Shown: positions 49,395-62,960, counted from the first letter of the stretch. The stretch is DNA of 64,000 nucleotides from Amphiscolops sp. MND2022 (GCA_964187785.1 OZ076409.1:18416001-18480000); one strand, 5' to 3'. The notes: a model not told the origin generated them from the sequence alone. Made by a program: numbers and translations.

Positions 49395-52300
49395 CTAGAG
49401 CAGTCGAGAATACTTGGAGCTCTCTTCGTCAAATGAGCTGACTTTGCAGTCGGTCTGTCTCTTCATCTGACAGAACCACTCATTGAACTCGTCTCCGAAC
49501 TGGCTGTTGAGGTCTACGTCACTCTCGAAGGCATCCACCGCCTCTGAAAGGTTCAAGGGCAGAAGTTCCGCGTTGGGGTTGTCACCTGTCATCAGAGGGG
49601 GCTCTTGTTTCTTCCTCAAACCGTCCATGCCTGCCGCTACTATCCCTGTAACATTTATGATATTCTACCGTAGTTGTTCTCAAAAAAGGTTTTGACAAAA
49701 GTAGACCAAAAGAGCGAGGAAAACCTCAATTTTGACCTAAATTTGGCTAAAAATGGCCAATGATAAATTTCACAAGTTTCATCGCATAATTTTCAAACGA
49801 ACAATTTGTAAACTAGATAAAATCGAAGAAACTTACTTTTACCATTTTTCGAAAATCACTGCCGTTTTTGAGATATTCAAATTTGAGATTTTCCTCATGT
49901 TGCTTTTTCTATAATCACCACTGCAGTTGTAAAATTTTAGGTGAATCAACTTGTGATCAGTTTTCACTGAACCTGGTTTGACCAAGACATCGGTAGTTCT
50001 TCAGAGTTCTGAAATATCGGTGTCAACGTAAATATTGATCAACATCCAATATATGTTTGAAAGTATTGTAGTTTCGCTGGTTAATACGACCAATTTCGAG
50101 TTGCCTATTTTATTCTCTTGTATCTTTGTACAAAACTATTGTGATATTGAATGTGTAGTAAATAAGTTCTTTTTGAGTTTGTTTATCAACAACTCGCTTC
50201 TATGCTAAATCGAAACTAGGTAGAGACCAGGACGGATTAAACCTATTTTATAAAACCATGTCTTTTCTTAATTTAGCCTGAGAATGTAACTGTTATACGG
50301 TGTAATACCGCGTCCGAATTTATTCTGTTCATCATGTGCCAATCAAACTGAGAGACAATCTGTTGACCAACAAACTCAAGTTCCATATTTATGTTGATAC
50401 ATATTTATATACATATATGTATAATTAGATTAGTGTTGTTCGGAACCATTGTTGGATAGAAAGTACATAGAATAAAGATTGGAAAAAGAGATTCATTAGA
50501 TTTGCAATTCGTTTTTATTATACCAAGTTGGAAATAGAACATGGCGCAGTCAGCAGTCTAATTTATCCGAAATTTTACCGAAACAAAGAAACAATGACAC
50601 AAGAAGCAACACAAATTGAAGTGCCGAACTTCGAAGCAACAACAGACGGGAAGAAAATCTTTACACCGAAACAATGGTTGGAAAGATTCCGGCAAAATAC
50701 GAAAAGAAAATACAAAATGGATATTGCGGAACTAATCCGGGGAGTAGAAATGACGCAAAACGAATGGGACACAAAAGAAAACCAAATACAAGATGACTTT
50801 ATATGGGGTATCGGCCCGGAAGCCTTATACCAAATGACAAGAGCAGAATACAAGACCGACCCGAACAAAATCGCGATTAAAGACTTAATTCGGTTATTCA
50901 ATGAATACTTTTTACCGAAAAGAAACACATACCATAACTGCGGAGAATTCTTCTGGACCAAACAGACCGAAGCCGAGACACCGGAAGATTTTTGGCGGAG
51001 ACTGATAGAAATCGAAAAAGAATGTAATTTCGAGAGCATAACAGCCGAAGAATTACTCATATCAAAATTCATGACCGCAAAAACGGACAAGAAACTTCAG
51101 GACAAATTAATGAAAGAAAAGAAACCCGAGATGAAGAAAACGATAGAGATGATCAAGCAAAATACATATGAGAAGAAAAACAACAAAACTACAATACCGG
51201 AAGCATTAATATCAAACCGAGAAAAAGAAATCAAAGAAGAACCAATACAAAGAATGGACAAATTCAATTCCCGACCGAGAAAGACATTCAACAATAACAG
51301 ACCTTGTAGATTCTGCAATGCACCGAACTGGAATACAACGCACAAATGCCCAGCACTCGACCAGACATGTAATAATTGCGGAAAGAAGGGCCATTTTGCA
51401 CGGTCATGCAGACAAAGAGAAAACTAGAAAAACAAATTACGGAATGTAACCGAAACCAAGAATTCAATTGGCGAAGAAAGCGACGAATCAGAAACGAGCG
51501 TACACAGAATCGAAAGAGTAAACAGAATTATTGACAGAAACAAATACTTGACGACAATAGTGAAAATCAACGGAACGGAAAAGGAATTTGTAATAGACAC
51601 CGGCTCACCCATATCAATAATGCCGGCGGACAATACAATAATGAAAGAATCCGAAATTCAAAAAGTGAGACACCGGTGCCAAGATGTAAACAAGAACGAA
51701 GTGAAATTCCGGGGGAAAATACCGGTAAATATTGAATACGAAAACAACAAACAGAAAATGCAATTACTGATTACCGAACGAAATGACATAACACCACTAC
51801 TCGGAATGGACTGGTTAAAAAAATTTAAACTAACAATCGGAAACATCCAATTGGACGAGAACGATCAATCGGAAAAGAGAAGAGTAATAGAAAAATTTCC
51901 GGACCTATTCCGAAACAACACGACCATAAAAGATACCGAAATAAATATTCAACTGAAACCGGGCATTACCCGGTAAAACAAAAAGCAAGACCAATCCCTT
52001 TACATTTACAAGAAGCAGTCGGAAAAGAAATTGAAAAACTAATGGAATCCGGACATCTAGAAAAAGTAAAACACGTAGATGAAGATTGCTTTATATCACC
52101 GGTGGTAATAACGGTCAAAAACGACAAGTCGGTAAAAATAGCATTAGACTCCCGAAAATTAAATGACAGCTGTATTAAAGTCCGACCACACATGCCGAAC
52201 ATGGAAGAACTGTTGAACCAGATTTCGGTAGAGATAACTAAAGACCGAACGAAAGAACTGAGAATGTCAAAGATAGACCTGGACTATGCCTACGGTCAAA

Positions 52301-55300
52301 TGATGTTATCCGAAGAAACGAGTAGACAATGTGTCTTCGCAATTACCGGAGGAAATTTAAGCGGATATTACCGATTCAAAAGGGGATTTTACGGTTTAGC
52401 CGATGTACCCACAATCTTCCAAGAAAAAATCGACAGAACATTAGAATAGTGTACACCTGCGTGGTTAGACGATATAATAGTGGTCACACGAGGAGACCGA
52501 GAAGACCACGAAAAGAAACTTTTCGATGTACTGAAAAAACTGGAAGACGCCGGGTATAGAGCAAGTGAAAGAAAATCTGAATTCTTCAAAAATAAAATGA
52601 AATGGCTCGGACATGAAATTGACGAAAACGGAATAAAACCGAACAAAAAAGTCAAAGCCATATTGGAATTGAAACACCCGGAAAATCCGAAACAACTAAA
52701 ATCTTTTCTCGGGGCTATACAAAATTTGGCAAAATTCTTACCAAAATTGTCAGACAGAACCGACAGATTACGAAAATTACTGAAGAAAAACACAGAATGG
52801 AGATGAGAAACGGAACAACAAAATGATTTTTAAACAATAAAGAAAATGTTAACCGAAGAACCGGCTTTAGCACATTACGCAAAAGATAGAGACAATATCG
52901 TTACAACGGATGCAAGCAAAACCGGTCTCGGAATAACTTTATGGCAAAGACAAGCTGACGGGGAATTAAAACCGATAGCATTCGGTAGCAGATTTCTTAA
53001 TGATAGTGAAAAGAACTACTCAATCGGAGAATTAGAATTGCTAGCAGTTGTTTGGGGATTAGAAAAATTCCGTTTCTATTTATACGGGAAAAAGGTGTTT
53101 CTATACACCGACCATCAAGCATTAGAACCGCTGATCAAACGGAACAGATGTAACAAACAATACAGTGCTAGACTTACCAGATGTTTAGACCGATTAGCGC
53201 ACTTTGACATCTCAATACAACATATAGCCGGAAGCAGTTTCAAAGTTACTGATTTTCTCTGCCGAAATCCGGTAGAGGGCGCCGCGACTGAAAACGTCTA
53301 TGATGAACAATACGTAATAAACATCTTAACCGAACAAGCCGAACTGAATTTGAAATACGGCAGAATATTCACGAACCAATCACAACGAACGCCGAACAAC
53401 GAAATTACGCGCGAGCGCAAACCGAACAACCAATCAGAAACGAATAGAACATTCGAGAAGAAACGACACGTGAACAAAACAAACGAACAAGCGGAAACCA
53501 GTCCAAACAAAACCGCGATAAAATTCAAACGTCACGCGCAAAGTTACCGGTACTAAATTGCAAAGAGTTACCATTATCGACATCTGAAGAAATGGACCGA
53601 GAATACTTCCATTGGGGAGCAACAACAGAAATAATGGAAATTATTCAAAGAAGAGAGAAAAGCACGGAAACACGGAGATTGGTGGACAGACGGCTAGAAA
53701 TAGCCAGACCGGGAATGATGAGAAGGCGTTATGACCAAAACGCACAAAGAACGATTTGGGTCCCGTCACGACCCAATAAAAGAAGCCGAGAAGAGATAGC
53801 CGAAATAGACGGAGCGCTCTACAACGCGCAAACAGACTGGGGGGAGGCTATCGGCCAATCCAAGAAGAAGAAAATGAACCGGAACAATTTGAAATGGAAG
53901 AGCAACCGCCGGAAGAACGAATGAACGACTCGGAGAGCGAAGGAGAAAGCCAAATTATCCGCGGAGATATTTTACCGATCGTCGACCTAAAAAGTTACAA
54001 CACCGAAGGAAAAGAAGCGCACTACGTGCAAATCAATCAAATTATCGGAGTAGTCACCGAAGGAAAGAAAGCAACGGAAGAAACCATTAAGAAAGCGGAA
54101 ATGGATTTCATGCTGGATTTAAAGAATCTGGTTGCAAAATCAACAACAGACGCGGAGTTAAATCGAGTTAAACTGGCACTAAATAGAGAAGACCGCAACA
54201 TGGCGCCAGAACACTACCGACCACACTTCGAGAACATCTCATCAAAATGGGGGCTAACGTTCCTAAACGACAAAATAGTGGTACCGACCGAACTTCGAAA
54301 AAAGTTACTGGATACACTACATTTTGGACATGCAGGAACCACCAAAATGATAGCCGAAGCGAAAATTTTCTGGTGGCCAAACATAAACAAGGACATTGAA
54401 GAAAAAGTCAAAAATTGCATAGCCTGCCTATCATCCGGTAAGAATTTAAAATATCAAATACCGAAAAATGAAAACGGAAAACTAAAAATACTAACCGAAC
54501 CGGGCCAAGAAATCCAAATTGATTTTACCGGAAAACTACACAACAAAAAATTAAACGGAGAAAGCCAATTACTAATTGCGATAGATAGATTTAGTAAATG
54601 GCCGACCGTAAAAATATGCAAAACTACCGAAACAAAAGAAGTATTAATTTTCTTAACGCAAAATTTTAATTTGTACGGATTACCGGAGAAAATCAAATCG
54701 GATAAAGGCGGAGCATTTATCTCAAAAGAGTACATCGAATTCTGCAAGTCGAAAAACATTGAGATAGAATACTGCACACCGAGACTACATACCGGTACGG
54801 GAGCAGTAGAACGCGCAATACAAACAATAAAGAACTTAATACTGGCCAATTTAGAAGATAATTTATGCTTGACCGAATGCGTAAATAGAGCGTTAAAAGT
54901 AATGCGATTTACAATACACACCGGATTAAAACTTACACCATTTGAATTACATCACTGTAGAAAACCGCGAACCGAATTAACCAATCTGGTTAAAGACGGA
55001 AAGTCATTCCTATCTGATTGGACCGAACTATCTGTTTCAGCTGAGAAAAAACCAAAGATACCAATTTACGTATCAAGGAACGAGGAGGGAGATGTTACCA
55101 ACTATTTGATCATGGCAAAAACCAAAACCGAAGAAAAAGCGATGGACAAACCGAAAAAGAAAAATTCGGTTAGTGAGTACCCTTTTAATTTCGTAGAAAA
55201 GAATCATAATAGAAAATCACTAGAAGGGAGATTCCAGAAGAAAATACAAACCGCGGTAAGCGGAACCGAACATACTGTAACCACCGAGAGTGGGAAGTTA

Positions 55301-58300
55301 ATACACCGAAAACATATTTCGGGACCAATTGTATTTCAGACCGAAAAGAAGAAAGAACGGGCACCGCAAATCGGAGACAGGATCACACCGAAAAATCGAC
55401 ACTGTCTCCGGGGCGTTGACGGGAAATACATTCAGTGGAATGAGATACTACGGGATATACTGAATGGAAAACTGAAGATAATTCAGAACCGAAAACACAA
55501 ATCCGAATCGGAGTCAGAAAGTGAAGAAGGAGAGATTGATGAAGAAAGTGACTTCGAGATGGAAAATCCGGACACATCCGAAAGAAACGGGTACAAACCC
55601 ATTTGCACGAACCCCGACGACGAACTAAAACTCCACACCGACGGTGAGATGCCTACCGGTGAGAAAGAAAATAAATATTTAGAAACCGAAAATGTAGCCG
55701 TTAGAAGATCTAACCGAAAATGTATGCAACCGAATAGATACGGGGGAGTGCAATACACAAAAAACTTTTGGGTGTAAAAATCGAAAATAAATACTCTGTT
55801 TCAGGATCTAACCGAAATAACTCAACAGTAGAGTTACCGAAACCAGCCGACTTCGCAAGAGAGATGAGCCCGATGCCCGGAACCTCCAAAGAGTAAAAAG
55901 GAGAAACCCAGAAGGGGGGAATGTTATTCGGTGTAATACCGCGTCCGATTTTATTCGGTTCATCATGTGCCAATCAAACTGAGAGACAATCTGTTGACAA
56001 ACAAACTCAAGTTCCATTTTTATGTTGATACATATTTATATACATATATGTATAATTAGATTAGTGTTGTTCGGAACCATTGTTGGATAGAAAGTACATA
56101 GATTAAAGATTGGAAAAAGAGATTCATTAGACTTGCAATTCGTTTTAATCATACCAAGTTGGAAATAGAACAGTAACAGCCTATCCGATAACAGTTGAAT
56201 CGATAGCATTACTTCAAGTTTTTGGAGCCACTGTTTTACCGATGACATTTGTGTTCATTTTTTTCATTGGGAGTGATTCCAAATACCTATACAACTAAAC
56301 TGCATATGCTAGTCTAACTAGTCTAATCAATACTTCGCACAGGTTTATTGATCTACCCTCGAAGGAAGAGTTCCAGTTCGAGACATCAGTTTACATTTTT
56401 TATCCACTAAAAGGCGGCGCTCTTTGAACTGATTACCAAATTCCGTGTCTGTATCTTCCCATTTTGCGATTACATTTGCCCATGTTTTCTTTCATGACTC
56501 CAATTCTAAGTATGGTTTATTGGCTCCTATGGTGACCCTTGCAAAAAATGAAAAAGTTGTTGCAAAAAAGAGTATCCGGTTTCAAACCTGCAATAACCAA
56601 ATAGGGGTTAGCGGCGCCACTGGCCGTGCGACATTCGTAGTAGGTGCCCTTGCTGCCGTCGTTCTTGGCGCGGAGGTAGGAGTCGCGTCTGTCGATGCCC
56701 CAACCTATCTTCCTGGGGGCCCAGCTTCCAGGCACGATCCTACTGAAGCAGTTCGCAGTCGGGCATATCAGGGCACACAGTGCTCTGTAGGTCAATGATA
56801 GATAGGCATTATCAATTTAACATTTCAAATTAGCATTTCTTTTGTAAATTGCTTTTCAGAAGAAAAATAATGACTCGACTGAGGTTCAGTAAAATTCTTG
56901 GTTCTTATAGATGCTTGGAAATAAAGTACTTTTGGAAACACATTTCGAATAAAAGTAAATTTCATTCAAATTTGCGTTGATAAGAAAGATGTTGAAAGCA
57001 GAACGTAATTTTTAGCCAGTGGCATTGTTTTGACGGGCTGTTTAGGACAGCTCAAACAAGCCTTTCGAACTTGCTGTATTCAGTAATTTTCTAAATTTTG
57101 ACAAAACGTATAGGCGTGGCATGCTATTCTTTCTATAAGCAGTATCAGATACTGGCATCTGTCAGAGCAAAGTATTGGCAGAAGATAGACAAAAAATTGA
57201 CGCCTGAAGAAGAAAGTAGTAAACAATTGAAAAGAATCCCTTTATTACATATTTGTTCCAGTTTGAACTTGTTTTCCTTTGATGTCAGCTATCAAAATTA
57301 TCACCAATGAAATTCGAAGATTTAGTTTAAACAATTTTGAATTTTTTGTGTGGCAAAAACTTCTCTGTGGCAAAATAACTGTCAATTGCTACCCTTGCTG
57401 AAATTGCTTGAACTTTTTTTGCATGTTCTTTCAAGCTGCCGCCAAGTTCATGCTTTTCTAAAACTCTAACGAAAAGTTTTATGTGAAAAAAGGAGAAGGC
57501 GAAGGTTCGAAAATGAAAAACGTCCTGGGCATGCTTTTATAAATTTGTCTTTTGACCGTTAAGCGGGGCATCGACTTGCTTGAGACGTTCCCGTCTTATT
57601 TGTCGTTGCTCTACCAATTCATTGAACCGCTGAGATACCAACTTGAAAATGAAAACTATCAATGGTGCGAATTACATACTTAGCCACACGAAATAATTAC
57701 ACGTCTTATGCACTCTTAGTCCTTACGATATCGAGCGTTGGGAAAGTAAGCAGTCTGAGACTTGTCAAAATTTTAGGATTGTTTATAATGTTGGGTGTTG
57801 GTTTGTTCCAAGTTTCCTAAGGATAACGAGTGAGTAAAGTGGATGATATTGCCTGGCATGAGTCATGAGTCCGGCTGCCCACCAGCGTGCCAGTTGGGAG
57901 AGCCTGTCTGGAGTGGATGGGTCGTACATCACGTTCTGCTTGTCCGCATCCCACAAACTGTGGTTGAAGTGCCCGCTGTTAGTGACCAGCTTGTCTCTGA
58001 ACGGCTTCGACATGAAAGTTGCATGCTTGCCAAAATCTGCCAAACAAAAAGATTAATCTTTATAGAGAAGATTGAATGTTATATCCCGAATTTGTTTTAT
58101 TTTCCACTCAACACATCGGTGAAGGAATACTTGGGAGTTAGTTTCGAGGAAGGATTGAATATTGAATCGTTCTTGGCATTAAAACGGTTTTCAAATATTC
58201 TATAGTTGAATAGCAACGAGATTTTTTGCAAGCTCGAAAAAGGAATGAATCAAATATTTGTCCAAAAACCAGGTAGAACATTTTCTTTAGAAGTTAGAAA

Positions 58301-59616
58301 AAGCTACGCCTGTTAAAAACAACTCCACAATTGACGAGGCTCAGATTGCTCGGATTTTAGGTGCCTCGGAAGTGAGGCTGATTTTGCATCACTTGCGAAT
58401 TGTTTAGGTTTTTGCACACTATGAGCCTTGGTTGTTCACAGTGGGGTTTAGCTTTACTTTGTAGTATTTGGACGTGAAACGAATTTAGTGGGTGTTCCCT
58501 ACCCCAAGCGGTTTCTTTGATGCACTGTTTGAGAATGAAGGCGTGGTCACCGGCCGACACTCCGAAGGCGGGGCTGAGTGTGATCTCGTTCTGGGCCTGC
58601 CCTAACTCCACCTGATAAGTGCGCCCGTTCACTCCCGCCATGTTGAGCCGTCGGTCCACTTCGAAGTGAAAGTCTTCCACTATCTTGTGCACTGAAACAT
58701 ACACCTGTTAGACATTGGAACAATTTAATAAAACGAAGCAAAAAGCTACATATTATTCATATCCATGTCATATGTAATTCTTTTTATAGTTAAAATATGT
58801 TTTGCGTCAGAAATTTAGTCTTGAGTTGAACTTTTGAAGTATTTCAAGAGCTTAAAATTGCACGGCCTCCAATATTTTCAAGTTTATGATTAATTTCAAT
58901 CACTACTGCATATAGGGCACGTGGACTTGGAAATTCTTGGATGGAATCTTCCCCGTTCTGTATTGTTTTTGAAAGACTTTTGATGGGAGGACTAAATTAT
59001 CGCACGGGTGATGACTGGAATCTTGCCTAATTAGTTCTTGAACTAAACATTTTTTACAAAATAGGGTTTTACAGCTCTTTGTGATACGAGCATTATAAAC
59101 TTCATCTTCACCAACTCAATGTTTCAATTGAAATAAACTTTTTCGGGCAAGGAGATGAAAAGAATTACAATAAATAGAACCAAAACTGAAGTTATTTTGT
59201 TAGAAAAAAATGAAAATAGTCCAAAAAGACTCACAAGCGTCTTTATTGAAAAATTTTCCTGGAGGTTTTTTCCAATTTTTAACGACTAATTTAGAATCCG
59301 TTTAGTTAAAAAACCAAACTAATTGTTGGTTATTCAGTGTGACACTAGACAATTATTTCATGTGAAAATGATCGTGAAACTTATGATCGTGAAATGCTCG
59401 TTTTAAGCTACTGTGCAGTGAAGGTGGATTCGGAAGCAGATGACTAGTGTACTCACCGAATGTGGAGCAGATGTCGGATCCAAAAAACACGGGCTCTGTG
59501 CCCTCGTGGCCCTCTAGCAGCACAAACTCGTACTCCAGGGCAGAGTAGAGATCCAACCCGAATTCACTCTTCAGGCTGGCCAATTGTTTCATGCATTGGT
59601 ACCGAGAGTCTATTCC
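49395..59616 (-). CDS. Type-I glutamine synthetase / lengsin-like protein, 3' five exons (5' exons not identified in the window); complement(join(49395-49645,56588-56784,57853-58036,58503-58691,59457-59616))
   Basis: GS catalytic-domain motifs: SALEYEF, VELGQAQNEITL, ATFMSKP, NSGHFNHSLW, HARALCALICPTANCFSRI..GSWAP, WGIDRRDSYLR, YECRTASGAANPYL, GMDGL, LPLNLSEAVDAF. Phases join into 981 nt in frame when one GC-AG intron is used. Confidence 0.85.
50291..50541 (+). repeat. 5' LTR
   Basis: Direct repeat of 55922-56172; 9 mismatches by manual alignment. Confidence 0.95.
55922..56172 (+). repeat. 3' LTR
   Basis: Direct repeat of 50291-50541, preceded by the polypurine tract. Confidence 0.95.
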
Positions 59617-59819
59617 CTGAACAGAAATAATTATTTTCCGCCCATGTTTCATATGGGAAAGGAAAATATTTAAATCAAACGGTTTTTCTTACAAAATTTG
59701 CCGAGCACCAAATTTATATTTAAGTTTATGGTGTTACCCAGGGAATTTAACTCACATAAATCTAGCTTCGTGAGATTTATTTATGGAGAATTCTGGACTT
59801 TTTTATTTGACGCCAAGGA

Positions 59820-61500
59820 CCCCAGAATGACCCAAAAATGACTCCAAAAATGAGAAAAAACCAAAAGTTTCCCGATTTTTATGCAAGTTTCGTCAAATTT
59901 TCGATAGATTTCGTGGAATAAAATGTTGAAAATACTCAACATAGCACTAATTCGGTGTCCAGTAGGCTTTTCCGAAGATATAATGGCTCTTTTCTAAATG
60001 AAAAAATCTCAAATTGACACCGAAAAAGAACAAAAACGCAAAAGTTTCAATTTTTCAAAGTTTTAACGCATTTTTTGTCAAATTTTGACAGACGTCGTAT
60101 ATTCGAATGCCTCAAGGGGCTAAGACGAAAGGGTTGGTAGTCCGGTTGTCTTTTCCGAAGAGTTTATTGCAATTTCAAAAATGAAAATGTCTCAAACTGC
60201 CACCAAAAATGACAAAAAGTTCAAAATTTTCTACTTTTCAAAAATTATTTGCTTTGTTTCCCTAAATTTTAGACCGACTTCGTCAACTGGAACGTTGAAA
60301 AGGGTCAACAAGGAAAAAATGCGTTTTCCAGTATGCTTACAAAAGCGATAAATGCAGTTTTGCAAGCAAAAACTCCGGAATTGACATCAAAATGACAAAA
60401 TTTCGAAAATTTTCCAATTCTCACTATTTTTGTTAAGTTTTTGTCAAAACACCGATAGACTTCGGAGACTAGATTGTTAAAATGCCTGAAGCATGGGCAA
60501 ACGTGATGTTTAGGTGAGTTCCAACAAAATCAACTCGAAAAATAAAAACACGAGCTTTGCACAACCTTTTTTGAAGAGAATGTTGCAGTGTTCTGCTTCA
60601 AAAGCACTTTAGAATGACTCCAAGGGAGTCGAAACGTTTCAACTTCGGTTTTGTGCAACTTGTGTACTTTTTGAATCGTTTTGAAGTCAGAAAGTTGACA
60701 AATATTCAACAAAGACTGAACTCATAATCCAGTAGTCTGTTAAAGGAATATTTGCAGACTTCGATGGGAAAATGTCTCAAAATTAACCGCAAAAGTCAAA
60801 ATTGTCAAAAAATTTGTCAATTTCTGACATTTTCAGTGAATATTTGTTTGAGATGATAAAAACTAGATTCTTTTTAGATAATAAAACCAGATCCGTTGAG
60901 AAAAATGTCTGATTCATTGCTGAAAGTTTCCTCAGAATGACCCAAAACTTGGAAAAACTAAAATTTTATGTTTTTTAAAACATTTTTAGGCAATTTTTGG
61001 TACATTTTTTAAGCATTTTCCTTGCATAAAATAGTTTAAAAACTCAGCATTGACTAATCCGGGTATTTTGGCAAGTTTGAAGAGATAACTGCATGTTTTG
61101 TTGGAATTGGCCTCCAAAACACCCAAAAATCCATGAAACAACAAAGAAGCACAATGTTGACAAACTAATCCTAGTTTTTGTTCAAATTACGCAAGTTTTT
61201 GAAGAATAGAACTTCGAATGACCTGGGCCTTGACACAATAGGGTATTCAATACGCAATTGGGGAACAAAGTACGATGAAGTTCATCGCGTACACAACAAA
61301 GGTGTCAAAGTTTTCGAACTTTCTCTAGTTTCGACAACCTAGTCTCAATTTTGGACCCTTTCCGAAAACTTACTTCAATCAGAAATACCATACGTTCAAG
61401 ATTGAAACGTATACATACCGATGGTGTTTCGAAAAGATATCAGACAATTTGAATGGCAAAACTTTTAAAACTTTTACTTGAAAACGTAAATTTCGACCTG
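59820..61500. repeat. Degenerate ~180-bp-period AT-rich tandem repeat
   Basis: Anchor AAAATSTCTCAAA.TG.CACC-like at ~60001, 60183, 60366 and 60768. Anchor CCAGTAGGCTTTTCCGAAGA-like at 59959, 60142, 60328 and 60729. Confidence 0.5.
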
Positions 61501-62473
61501 GTTTGTCCAATATTTAATTTTCAAAAACCTCAAGCAAAATCACTAGATATGGCGTAAACCTTCCAAAGGAAGAGGTTTCGAGCGACTTCCTGGGTTAGAA
61601 TTGTGTAATAATTCAACAACTGGTTTCCGGTAGGTGTCCGGTAGGCCCTAAATGTGAGGACACATCTGGAGATTCATGTTAGAAAATTCATGTTTCTCAT
61701 TTTGACCCCAAAGTTGTCGAACCTGTTTCCTTTTTTTGACATCTGTGGTGAAACTTTGTGCAAAGTTATAACAAACCGGGATCGCTCAACTTTCTTAAAA
61801 TTGCAAAGGACCTAGTTTTAGGTTTTTACCATTTTCTCAGTGCCAAAAGTTACCTAAGAGATACGCCTGAGACTATGAAACCAATTTTTGCCCAACAGGA
61901 ATCACAAAAAAACGTTGTTTTGATTTTTTTCGGAAAATTTGATGGCGAAACGAGTTTCATACCAATTATTTTCATACCAAAAACTAGTTTCTATAAATTT
62001 ATTAAAAATTTTCTCTTTTCTTGGTTAGACGCATAGTGCCGAAAATAGAAAAAGTGGCCAGCTATCGCAGAAAGTATAAATTAGAGTTTCCTTTAAAATG
62101 GGCTAAGATCAATCAAAGCTTTCCCTTCTTCGAACCTCTTTGCGTTTTTTTTATTGCATTGGCTATTCTTGAGCCTCAAATTTATTATATTGTAGAACAG
62201 TTTGGGGCGGAAAACATCTCGCTGCTCAGCAGGCGTCTTGTTTTTGAATCGAGATACTTTTTCATACGTTGTTAAAAAACAATTCCTAAGTATTAAATTT
62301 GAATTAGAAGTGCAGTGCTGATATAGAAATGCGTTACGTTTGAAACTAGTCAAGGAACCTCCATTGCACTTCTTATCGATCAGCAACTGAAATCGATTGA
62401 AATCAGACTCTTACGTTTAAAACATTGATGGGGAGCTAAATGTGCAAATTGAAGTTGCCTGAACTGAATAATC

Positions 62474-62960
62474 AACAAGACGAGAACGTCTAAAGTCGGC
62501 GCCATATCTAAGGCTCAAAAAGCGTAAAACACTTTTTTTGGAAAAAAATTGAAATTTTTGAAAAAAAAATTTCTTTCAAAAGAAGTCGCATAGTGCCGAA
62601 AAATGTAAAAGGGGGGACCCTTCTGGATTTATTGACAAACATTCCGTTGCAAAATATCAAAAAACTCAAAGGGGGGACCCTTTGGGGACATTAAAAAATT
62701 TTCGAAAAAAAGTCGCACAGTGCCGAAAAAAATCCAAAGGGGGGACCCTTTGGGCACGTCCGGTTGTGTATGTTTCCTTGAAAAAGTAAAAACTGAAAGG
62801 GGGACCCTTTGGAGTAAAGTTTGCCTTCTGCGCAGAATTGCAGAATTGTAAGAAAAGTGGACCACTCAGAGTGAGATTGTCAACTGAAAAAAACAAACAA
62901 AAAAAAACTACTCACTGTAAGAGTCGGGCTTTTTTCCTTAAGGGAAAAGGCGCCGACTAA
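62474..62960 (-). mobile_element. Complete HINE/DINE-1-like (Helentron-associated) non-autonomous element
   Basis: On -: TT followed by subTIR AGTCGGCGCC (62958-62949) with a short inverted GCCCGACT; 3' subTIR GGCGCCGACT (62503-62494) followed by hairpin AGACG-TTCT-CGTCT and TGTT. Related ends occur at ~17250, 22345, 30051-30080, 47909-47938 and 57565-57600. Confidence 0.7.

Larger units (their letters stand above)
50291..56172 (+). mobile_element. Near full-length Ty3/Gypsy LTR retrotransposon (inactivated), antisense within the last intron of the GS-like gene
   Basis: 251-bp TG...CA LTRs at 50291-50541 and 55922-56172; 5-bp TSD GTAAC; PBS TGGCGCAGTCAGCAG; polypurine tract GAAGGGGGGAA. Gag knuckle CNNCGKKGHFARSC, protease IDTGS, RT WLDD, RNase H TDASK..YSIGELELL, integrase HFGH..CIAC, DFTG, SDKGG. 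Several nonsense and frameshift lesions. Confidence 0.95.

Noticed and set aside
51425..51427. Programmed gag-pol stop-codon readthrough (TAG in frame with the protease)
   Set aside because: The same element has several other in-frame stops (52447, 52804, 52831) and frameshifts, so simple decay explains it.
50575..55973. Antisense ORFs within the Gypsy element
   Set aside because: These are shadow frames of A-rich gag-pol codons, with no independent signals.
49395..59616. Bacterial contamination or recent horizontal transfer of glnA
   Set aside because: The gene has multiple spliceosomal introns and is embedded in host repeats.
62320..62390. Upstream exon of the GS-like gene
   Set aside because: An AG/GT-bounded segment exists on -, but its translation (LLIDKKCNGGSLTSFK) shows no recognisable GS similarity.
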